Assembly: GCF_037042905.1 (NCBI RefSeq)
Contig: NC_087250.1
Location: forward strand, 16,244,001 to 16,308,000
Length of the DNA: 64,000 bases
Reading direction: 5' to 3'
From: Lytechinus pictus
Lineage: Eukaryota
Of this stretch, positions 53,576 through 64,000 are shown piece after piece (position 1 is the first letter of the stretch; each line of letters begins with the position of its first letter). Below the pieces are notes generated by a model that worked only from the letters and a program-made list of their open reading frames with translations, searched no databases and was not told the DNA's origin. The position numbers and the translations under genes are program-made.

Positions 53576-55519
53576 ATTGGTAATTTTTCAAGTTCTGAAA
53601 AAAGGGAGGGAAGGAAAGGGTAGTTAGAAGGAAAATAGGAGTATAACCCTATTCAAATAACCACGCAATTTCAAATCGTCGGGTTAGACGTCTGCAACAT
53701 AGGAAAAGTTGACGCCTGGCCCGCTGGTGTACTCACTCAACGATGTGGCTTTACAGCGAATACATGTATATTTGTTGTTTTGTTTTATACAGGAACGATC
53801 TACTTTCCTCTCATTTATTTATTACTTATAATGAGTGATAAATAAACTCTGTTCACATGCAGTAACGCATTATTTCCATTGTTTCTCTATTGGCTCTCTT
53901 CCGCTTTTCTCTCTTCCAATGCCCCCCCCCCGTCCTCTTTCTCTCTCCATCTTCATTCCTTTTCCCTTTCTTCGTAGGTTTAAAGTCTAATGCAAGGAAG
54001 GTTATATGATAGTTGAATTTGTATAAGGCTCTGTGATGGATCAAAATGGATTTAATTTGTCATTCCTGAATCCAACCAAATATAAGTTATGAAAATGACC
54101 CCCCTCATCCAGGAAAATTAAGCTATAGATGGCAGACTTTAACTCGTCTACTTTTACAACGTAACTAGGACAGTTGGCGACCGCGTTATAAATGTATATG
54201 CATTTAATGAATTAACACTTGGAATTGAATTTTGAAATTGTGTGAATGGAATCGTTGCTTTTTAATTCAAATGCCACTTCAGATTTTCTTTAAAAACTTA
54301 TCTTTCACTTTGATTCTTGAAAGGGAAGAATGTGGCATAATTGAAATATACTGTACATATACCTTTTTCCTGTTGGGGATTTAGTTTTATCTGATTTTCT
54401 TGTCTTAAGTTTTTAGAAGTTTATGTGGTGAAGTAAAAACATGCATGGGAGATCTACCAGTCAGTGCCCAGAATATCTTGATTGTCAAGAAATAATGTTG
54501 AAGTGCATTTTATGTTTTGTTTTAGTATTTCAGTGACTCGAATTTAAACATAGTGAAATTCCTTGAAAATAATTCAATAAGAATGGAACAGTTATATGGC
54601 ATTTTCTTCGGCGACAATTGCTCCGATGGAAAATCTACACATTAAGCCAAAAATAAAATCTAACCACCATAAAGTAAATAAACCCTTATCCTTATCTTTA
54701 CATTATTCTGAACCAAAATCTATATTACAATCCTAATTCCAAACTCTATGCCCGCTGAGATATCAAGACAGGAGCAAATGTCGCCGGAGCAAATGTCGTG
54801 ACACGAATGGGACACAAACACATCTGTGACTTATACCCGTTGACAACCTAATTCTCAAGACCTGAGGAGACGTTACCATGGTAACAGTATAACCATGACG
54901 ATGAATCTACCCTCAATGTCGTTGGCAAGGGGGATCCACTGGGGAAATCATTCGGGGAGGTTTTCACGCACCGCTTTGTCAGTCATCTTCACTCACAAAT
55001 ACCACCTCAACCAATCAGATTCAAGCATTTCAGTAGATTGTAACAGTTGTCAGTGAAAGATCATTGAACATTACTTCATGACACACTTCCCTCTGCCCCT
55101 TATTTCTTGAAGATTGTCAGATAAACACAATGACAGACGCAGGACCCTGGGAAGGCTTCTTTATGTGGTCTTCCGTTCAGAAAGTGTTTGTACAACAATA
55201 TTCAAGATTCATTTCTAACGACAAAGCGATACCCAACAACATGTACCATTATTATTCACCATGTTCAGTACACTCAAAACTCTATGGACTCCACCGACGA
55301 TAAAGAGGCAAATAGAAAACAAAAGGACGTTGAATGAAAACAGCACCATGGTAAAGCTTTGACCAATTAGCGTTTTAAGATCCTGAAAGTTTGGAAGAAA
55401 GTAGTCAAGAATAAGTAGTTTATTTTTATGAAACGTTTTTAAAAGCCATGTACTCCTCAGAAAATCGAGATTCATATGCCATGTAGAGAAACGATATATC
55501 ATGTAATTGCATTTATTAT

Positions 55520-55920
55520 AATTTATTGTAAGTTTGTTTGCACGAAACCATTTACAGACATTTATCAGCTCAGTATTAACAGCTTCACACTGTATTGATA
55601 AAGATTTTTGTTACAATATAAAATGATGGTATCGTCAGCGTACATGATAAAGGAAAGGAGATTGGACGTGAGATATATGTCATTGGTAAATAAAATGAAC
55701 AGAGGTGGGCCAGGTAATGACCCTTGTGGTACTCCACATGTTACTGTCTTATATTCGGACTATACACTGTTGAATATGTATGCATTTTTTTACGATTTGT
55801 AGATAACTTGCCAGTTCAAGGGAAGTGCCACGGATACCAAAGTTCCTCAATTTTGACAAAAGTATAGTATGATTGTTCGTGTCAAACGCTATTGACAGGT
55901 CAATGAATAAACCTATTGCG
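55520..55920 (-). pseudogene. Internal RT fragment of a CR1/L2-group LINE
   Basis: Minus-strand manual translation gives GLFIDLSIAFDT, ILLSKL..FGIRG, VTCGVPQGS, LFILFTND, MYADDT and WFRANKL, with frameshifts. Confidence 0.85.
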
Positions 55921-58464
55921 AATGATGAATGTGCTTAAAAGACTCAACCATTTTAAATGGCATGTGTGTGTGAGTGTGCGTAATATATTTCTCCACTCTT
56001 TCTATCCCCCATATTTTGTATAAACCTTATGTCTGTATATAAAAAGCGAAAAATGTTAGGAGAAACAGTATAATTTATCCTTCTTAAACATAATGGAATG
56101 ACGCCTGGTTTACATATTCCTCATCTGCTCATATTCTTATTAATCTCGCGTTACATCAAGCCAACCGCCTTCTCTTTATCAATACATCCCATGTTTCTTT
56201 TTCCTTCTTCTTTCTTTTTCTTATCTATTTCATCATCTATTCATTACTTTCCTTGGCTCAAGGTGTTATCCTAGTGGGATCATCCATACGCCAAGATAGA
56301 TTTCCCCACAGATCAAATATGAATTAGTTTAAGCACAGGGGTATATAACTGTGGGTTGAATCTCTCCGGAGAAGGCCTCGGTTTCTAATCAGCCGTCGTA
56401 TCGTATGAAGATATCAGCACCACGTAACACAAAACTTAAAGATTGATCTAAATGTTGATTAAAAAATGTCAAATTATTCGGTTTTATCACATTTTGAAAC
56501 GGTTATCATTCAGTATTTTACCCAATATCAGAACACAATACGCATTTGATATATTTTGTTCATTATGTTCAATATCTATGTTTGTGCTCAAATAAAAATG
56601 GAAATATCCCAGTTATCTATTTTCGCCAAAAATCAATTTTCTGTTTTTCCATGAAAATGGCGGCATCACAGGTCGCCACCAAAGGCTACATTGCACCTGT
56701 GTATTTCTTTTGTACTTATTTAGAAATTTGAAGCTATTTGCATATCGTTGTCATTCCATTCTTTTTACCTCCATGATCTAAGAGTTGATAGCTAAGATTG
56801 ATCTTTTGCTTATTATTGTGTGCATTTTAAGTGTGAAAATCAATTGTATGACCCCATAATACGATTGTGTAACGAGGATTAGACGACTTATCTCCTGCTT
56901 GAAAGAAACTAAGGAATTGATTGTATTTAATGTATGCATATATTTAGTAACGTAAATATAGGATATGATAATGATTTATAAAAAGATGTAATGATTAAGG
57001 GCAAGAATGTTAATTTTACTGTTTTGTCATTTTGTTTTCTCACTCATAACCTTTATTTATTATTGCAATTTTGTTATCATCATTTATTTACAATGCGTTT
57101 TTTTTACACTGCTTGTTTTGTATTTATTTTGAATCAATCATGTACTCTCACTGTATATATTTAAATTATTGTTATGAATCGATTCCTCGTCACAGAACCT
57201 CTTAGAAAAATAATATTATTTATGTTTTCAATCTTTCCGGTTTAAGAGAAGTAGCATATTATATATCGTAATATGCTAATTAGATGATTATGCTAATTAG
57301 GCTAATTAAAACAAATGCTCAAGGTTGCCAAGGTGGCAACCAAGCTGAATTTACTTCAATATCCATCTAGAACACAAATCAACAAAAAAACCTTGTACTG
57401 AACAATTTTTCCAGGTATGACAAATTTCTACTGGACTACAAGGTGAGAGGATGTATTCCCTGTATGGGCAATGCATCCTCTCACCACCCAAATTTTCTGA
57501 TCAACAACTGTCCCTTTTCCAGCCAAACGTTCTCTGCTCTTTAATTAATGATTAACATGGGCAGTGAAACCTGATCTTATCCTCAGCATCCTAACATAGC
57601 TTCAAACCACTACCTCTCTCTAAAAATCGCCCATTATCAACCACAATACAATCCATGAAATAAGCACAATATGAACACAAAACAAAACCAAAAAGCCTGT
57701 GTATCCATTGACATCTTTTATTATTGATAATATATCCACGCATAAAGGATTTGGACATGTTCAAAACCATCACCCCCACCCCATGTGCGCCACAAATTCT
57801 ACTCCCTACACGTACTATAATAGCCCCCTTTCAGCTCACCAAACGCAACATATGTTATTCATATCTGGTTCCAAAATACACTGGATTGATGGAAATTGAT
57901 ATAAAGAAGAAGGACATATAAAAGAATATCCCTCTCTATTTTCCCGAATCGTAGCCTTCAGGCCCACACCACCCTGCAATCTAGGCTTTGTTCATTGTGT
58001 ATCTTCACAATGATTTATGTATTTTCCCCCAATTGTTTTGGTTTGAAGGCCTCTAGAATTTTCTCAATCTTCTATTATATCCCTGGATAATAACGCGTGA
58101 CTCATCCACATTGCTCTGCCAAAATTTCGGCTAAGACAATTACTTTTAACAGGAGCCATGCTGTGTTTCGCTTGGTTAAAGTTCGTCGTGTTTTGTTTGA
58201 ATTGTTTTCGACAACACAAGAAATTTAAACTTTGAAAAATTGGACAGGGGTTTTTGACACGGGAGCAAATTTTAAATGTCATCCTGTTGACTGCAGAATT
58301 TTGTGATTCCCATAGACTTTGTACAGGAATCACCAGGTTCCAATAGGCAATGGGTTAATATAACATTCCCTAGTAATTTCATTTTTGATTGACACTTAAC
58401 CAATTTGGTTATTACAATAGAATAACATATTAAAAACGGTTTAGTAATTGTTTTACAGTTAAAG

Positions 58465-58495
<31 letters not shown>

Positions 58496-59715
58496 GCGAA
58501 AAATAAATTTGGGATTAGGCGTTCTGGGCAACCTGACCTTGAGTGATTAATTTAAAGGTAAATTGTAATTGCTTTTTTCTGTTTCAGAAAAGATACCGAT
58601 TACAATTGAGGGTTATTACCAGATTTTTAATGTTATGTTGTGAATGAAGTTTTTGCTTTAATTTCAAATTAGATAAAATGAATCAACCTATCAATTTCGT
58701 TATCACAATGAAATAAAATAATAATATGAATACGAAAAAAATATAGATCATAAATAAAAATGTCAATGTTTGTTTTCACAATGCCAGTAGATTAAACAGC
58801 ATGACTACTAACAAATGTAGAAGATAGCAGGTGTTTCTGATTGCTTGTGGGGCGTTGATTGGGAATAGCTAACTTCAGGAAACAAAGATGGTCTTATATG
58901 CATCCAATCCATAATATATGGTGACGTCTTCAATTGTAAGTCTTTTCTCAAGTGCCAAAAGGAAATTTGGGAGTGTGTCCCGTGCCAGGAAAGTACAATT
59001 AAAGCCTTGATTTTTCGCCAGATTTTAGTATTTCTCAATCTGAGATTAGCCTGTTGACTACTTAATAATGTGATTCCCATAGACTTTGTACAGAAATCAC
59101 CAGTAGGCAATGGGTTAATTTGCAAGTAACTTGTGAATCTCTCACCAATGATGGCGGTATTCACCGACAAGCGAGAGTTCTTTGTTGTATAGCGATCTTT
59201 CAGAGCAATAATGTGAATAAAGTCGTCCGTTTTCGGATAATGCTTAATATTTCTTAACATGAATTCTCAATTTCTATCTTCTTCTTTCCTAGTCACCAGG
59301 CGAAAACATTCGGTTTCCGCAAAATAAAGAATGCATAGTATGAAGTACGAGACTAGATTCACCCATATAGCACGTATAGTGTGGCTGCCTATCTTACTTG
59401 ACACAAATATCGGGTTTGGAGTCTAGCCAGGGCACAGACCCTGATTGAAACTTTGATCAACAAGTGGGTTTCTACGCAAAGACTAACACATATAAAATTT
59501 GCTGCATCAATTGCCTTCAGTACACAAGCGGAGCATTAGTAGGCATCACATTCAGACCCTAACTCCAGTGAAGGGTTTGCACAGCAGACTAGAGTCTAGT
59601 TTAAGTGTCAAACCTCAGTCTGTGCTTGAAGACAACTTCCTTCCCTCCTCGTTGCCATATTTTTTAATACATTGTTTTATTACGTTTTTAGATTTTATTT
59701 CATTCTTGTTACTAG

Positions 59716-59916
59716 GTGGCGTATAAATCAAGCTTTGATGACGACCAACCACTCGTGACGGCTCGGAGTGAAGTCTGCACATTACAGAGATGCGCATGCG
59801 CACTATTAATCATTCTGATTGGGTTAGGCTGCCTGATCGGTGCTGGGGTTGGTCTTTACATTCATCTTAACAACCAATCAGAACCCACGTTGATCATCAC
59901 AGCAGCTGGTCACCCG
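59716..59916 (+). CDS. ITM2/BRI-like protein, coding exon 2 (Cys-preceded transmembrane helix)
   Basis: Acceptor ttcttgttactag|GTG, donor CCG|GTGAGT, phase 0/0; VAYKSSFDDDQPLV...RCACALLIILIGLGCLIGAGVGLYIHL resembles ITM2 WCWCMCFGLAFMLAGVILGGAYLY as recalled. Confidence 0.8.
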
Positions 59917-60623
59917 GTGAGTCAAGTAAAATCTTTCGTCTATTCTCTTGCCCTAGAAATATCCCCAATCACGTAGTAGGGTAGAGCGCCACCTTGTGGT
60001 ATTAAAATTCAAAGCAGAAATTGATTAGTCTCGCTCTGTCGTGTGCACTGGGAATGAGAAGACTGATACCCCACGCAGGCCTATCATCTTTCTATTCGAT
60101 TTGTCATGGCTTGTCTTGTTTAATTTCATTGGTAGAAAAACATGGGTGACAATAATGTAAACATGTATGTTCATGGGGTGAGGGGGTATTAGGCCTAGCT
60201 TGAAATGTCACCAGCCAAAATAATGGGGCGAATTCTCGAAATTAAATCGAATTATGCTGAATTGAATAAAAAAGGAAATTTGACGAGAAGGAAAGTAACC
60301 AAAATTAAAGAAAAAAAAAAAGGAGGGGAAAGTAGACGGAACTGAATTAGAATGAGAAAAGAAAGGTGAAGATGGAAAAGAGAACGCAATAATGATGATA
60401 AGAAATAGATGAATAGCTTAATAGGGACTACATGATATTTTTTTAGGTAGGCCTACATGAGCATATTCTGCCTACCAAATTAATGTGTGTAAATATGATT
60501 CAATGTTTCGATCGTAATCCGTACTTTTTGTTCTTGTAATACATTATAATTACAATGGACTCCATTTATATGGTTTCTTCTCCCCCCTCTCTCTCACTCG
60601 AAATTTCCCTCAAACCTTTCCAG

Positions 60624-61037
60624 TATGGCAATGACGCCCTCTATCCGCCAGACTTCCACAGGCCGCCACACTTCGGTGGTCACGTAGATCGTCACATGCC
60701 AGACTTTCATCACGGATCACGTGATCGTATCTTCGAGCCAATGAGACCACCGCCTCCTCCACCTCGCTTCCCTTACGGTCATCCTCCGATCATGGAACGT
60801 CCCTTCGGTAATGACGGCCTTGAGCCGCCCTTCAGTCACGACGCTCTGGAACCACCCGCCCCGGAAGGGCCCAAGACTCGATTGCATGAAAGACCGATGG
60901 CTCCACCGGGACCTCTTCCTGGTGGTCCCCCTCGCGGCCATCGACCTGGAGCAGAAGGTTCTCGTCGGCTTGGGCCCGGGTATGATCTTCATCATGGCGG
61001 GCATGTAGAACATGAACATGCACGACGCAGAGGGAAG
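60624..61037 (+). CDS. Exon 3: Pro/His/Gly/Arg-rich ectodomain segment (3' end uncertain; may run to the stop at 61073)
   Basis: Polypyrimidine tract plus cctttccag|TAT in frame with exon 2; GC-rich open frame; candidate donor AAG|GTTAAC at 61038. Confidence 0.7.
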
Positions 61038-61279
61038 GTTAACCGAGCTCACTACCATAGCAACCTACCGTAAACACAACCAAGCTACCGTACACACAAA
61101 ACGTAAGTAGAGAGTCTTACGTACCAGTTACGTCATCCTTAATTTACCAGGTTGGAGGCCGTTGGAGGGCTATAGAAACATGTTTACCTAACCGTGATAA
61201 ATGGCCTAGTGCAGTGGTCCCCTATGTTTCGTCCTCTATTCGGTGGGAACCCTCTGTTGAAATATGGAACGTGACTTAA

Positions 61280-61674
61280 AGAGAAATTCCAGTAGTTGCA
61301 GTAAACACTGATTTCATGAGAAAGTCTGTAAAACCAGGCTTGATTGTCAGTATATCATCGAGGATCTAGATCTGGTACAGTTACATAAACTGAACTTTGT
61401 GAATTCTTGAAATCTACGCTGAAAAATGTTCAGACTGAACTTCCCCAACACAGATAAGCGCACGTGGGACAGTGTATAATTATTGCTTTGAGCGTCGGAC
61501 CCGACGCTCTACCCGAATCCTGTGCTTATTTGCTGATTTCTTAGCAATTACACAATTTCTTCCAGAATCCTTTGGCACATGCGTTTTATTTATACAAACA
61601 GACACTTTGGTGGTCATTTCATTGGATAATGTACGAACTCATTTTGATATCGTTACCAAAACGAGCATTTACCT
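61280..61674. mobile_element. Kolobok-like non-autonomous element with TTAA flanks
   Basis: TTAA|AGAGAAATTCCAGT ... GAGCATTTACCT|TTAA; degraded relative at ~24729-24942. Confidence 0.6.
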
Positions 61675-61734
61675 TTAAATCTAATTTAAAACTATAGCCA
61701 TGCCATCAAAGTTCATCTGGGGCATACCGCACAG

Positions 61735-61950
61735 GTGACACGACACATGCTCCTGCGACAGTTTCCCTGGTCTTGATATCTCAGAGGTCATAGGGTTAGA
61801 TTTAGGAGTGTAATAACAGTATTTAGTTCACAATAATCTAAGAATAACTAGGATTAGGGTTTATTTAATTTAGGAGGTAAGGTTACATGTTTAGTGTATC
61901 GTATATATTTTCAATCGGAGCAATTGCCGCCGGAGCAAACGTCATCGAAC
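61735..61950. mobile_element. Short MITE; an inverted related copy lies at ~54610-54805
   Basis: tgctcctgcgaca...cttgatatctcag...ggagcaattgccgccggagcaaa corresponds to ctgagatatcaagacaggagcaaatgtcgccggagca. Confidence 0.6.
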
Positions 61951-62297
61951 CTGATTTTGACGATTAATTAGACAATGCAGAGGCGGCGGAAAGTCAGGTT
62001 CATACAATGAAAGTGGAGGGGCACATATTGTTTGGCAGACAAAAGGTGCCCCTCCATTTTCTTTGTCCGAGCCTGATGTTCAGCCGCCTCTGAGAAAATG
62101 TAGTAAATGCGATAAATCTTTAAAAAATATGTTATACGCTATGATCGCTAAGCTTTACAATCAAAGCACAATATATTTTAACGATGTATCGCATTTACGA
62201 ACATGATTCATAATAATTTTGAAAATCAAGCGTACGATTAATCGCCATCATTTGTGTTACGGGACCCTGATATGTCTTATTGATGGGTCCCCACTAA

Positions 62298-63489
62298 AGC
62301 CCCTTTCACAATTGACGTACGACCATTTGCGACCTTTTGGTCGTGCGACAGGCTGCAACAGGCATCAATCGCTAGTCATCTCATATAATCGCACAGAGGC
62401 TTTCACAGTTGCAACAGCTGTCGTACAACAAAAACAACCAGTAAACCCCGTTGCAAGAGTAAGTCGCATATGCTCTTATTGTGCTCGTGCGATCACATGC
62501 GAGTGTTGCACGAGGGATTGCGAGTGGAACGGTCGCATACATGCGAATGAAATGGTAGTGCAATGTTGTAAGCCGTTGCGATCGGTCTTGCAACAGTCTT
62601 ATTGCCAATATTATTATCGCAACCAGTCGCAAGACAGGTCTCTGTACATGTAGGTCGCTTACACATGTGCAAGTGTTGCACGACCTCCAGTCAAGTAAAT
62701 GCGACTACTTACATGTAGTTGTGCCACCTCTCGCACCAAGTCGTACAACGTTGAACAACACTCGCACGATGATCGCCCAACCGATGGTACGACCCCGGGT
62801 ACGGCCTGATGCGAGTGAATCGATCGTATTTGATCGCGTTCGGATTTTGAACATGTTCAAAGTTCAGATGTGACCAGCCACGACCACCTCAAGTTCGTGC
62901 GACCGTCTACAACGACTGCGAGTGCTCGCAAGACACCAAGAGATCGATCGTGCAACAACAAGAAAAAACTGTTGCAGGCGGTCGTAAACTGGTCGGACGT
63001 CAATTGTGAAAGGGGCTGAACTGTCGCATACATGCGAATGCAACGGGAGTGGAATGTAGTAAGCCGTAATTTCGATCGGTCTTGCAACAGTCTCATATTA
63101 TCGCACCCAGTCGCAAGACTGGTCTCTGTAGGTCTCCAGCACATGTGCAAGTGTTGTACGACCTCCAGTCGACTAAATGCGACTATACTTAGTTGTGCCA
63201 CCTCTCGCACCAAGTCGTACAACGTTGAACAACACTCACACGATGATCGCCCGACCGATGGTACGACCTGTTGCGAGTGAATCAATCGTATTTGATCGCG
63301 TTTGGATTTTGAACATGTTCAAAGTTCAGATGCGACCAGTCACGATCACCTCCGACCACCTCGAGTTTGTGCGATCGTCTACAACGACTGCGAGTGCTCG
63401 CAAGACATCAAGGGATCGATCGTGCAACAACAAGAAAAAACTGTTGCAGGTGGTCGTAAACAGGTCGTACGTCAATTGTGAAAGGGGCT
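62298..63489. mobile_element. PIF/Harbinger-like non-autonomous element with TAA TSD and internal duplication
   Basis: TAA|AGCCCCTTTCACAATTGACGTACGACC ... GGTCGTACGTCAATTGTGAAAGGGGCT|TAA; right half duplicated (62526-63017 vs 63018-63489). Confidence 0.85.
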
Positions 63490-64000
63490 TAAGCGACTCT
63501 GAAGATTGCTTTGGCCAGGGGTAGATCCCGGATTTTCCAAAAGGGGAGGCACATTTTCCCGAGGAAAATTTGACAAGCCCCCCAAAGAAAAGTCCTCATT
63601 TTCAACAGGGAGGGGGCAAGTCTAGAGCCGGATGTGCCCCTTGGCATTAATCTTTCGAATTTGAGATGCAAAGCCTTGGCCTAAAGAATATCAAAAGTTA
63701 TAACGGTAAGCCCCCAGTAGCAATTTAGAATTAGATGACGTCAGTTTGTGGTAATTCTAAAAGCTAAAGTCCAAATGTTTAAAGTAAAATCAAACCATTA
63801 CAAATGTAAATGAAAATGTATCGAAATAGTAAAATATAAGAATAATATAAATGATAAATGGTGAGTATGGGAAAATATTGCGTTTTCCTCGGTGCTAATA
63901 CCTGAATTTTTTGTTTTATCAAGTGCAACTTTTAATATGGCATAACTTTCTCATTGTCATCCATTATCATCCTATTCTTACATTTGGAGGCCAGCGCACA

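Noticed and set aside
60624-61073. Identification as Sp185/333 (Transformer) immune gene
   Set aside because: Only compositional similarity; no signal-peptide leader exon, RGD or characteristic element repeats; splices in frame to a type II TM exon
62219-63524. Cluster of Cys-rich ORFs
   Set aside because: They lie within a non-autonomous transposon, and the frames are not conserved between the duplicated halves

Overview
AT-rich, repeat-dense animal genomic DNA. The repeat types and the GPCR type suggest an echinoderm such as a sea urchin (inference). There are no prokaryotic features. Two host genes can be supported. (1) A single-coding-exon class A (rhodopsin-family) GPCR on the minus strand (4910-5896), with degenerate activation motifs and possible upstream 5' exons near 7.0 kb and 23.5 kb. 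(2) A multi-exon ITM2/BRI-like type II membrane protein gene on the plus strand whose first exon is absent from the ORF track: exon 1 at 33017-33100 (MVKPTVFSVEQDPKKDKSSDVCLIPVKE), a 26.6-kb intron, exon 2 at 59716-59916 (transmembrane helix) and an unusual Pro/His/Gly-rich exon 3 from 60624. The rest is mobile DNA: a decayed L1/Tx1 LINE preceded by a ~41-bp tandem array; a 5'-truncated Penelope-like element (RT thumb + GIY-YIG) ending in a minimal hammerhead ribozyme; L2/CR1 fragments; two tRNA-derived SINEs; two inverted copies of a ~1.9-kb TA-flanked DNA transposon carrying different nested insertions (one a 2.4-kb Academ-like foldback with a periodic YY1-like motif array); many MITEs; and mini/microsatellites. 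I found no convincing new multi-gene system. The best leads are the atypical ITM2-like gene, the variant hammerhead ribozyme, the foldback element and a fourfold tandem-duplicated promoter-like unit. All family assignments are from recalled motifs, not database searches.
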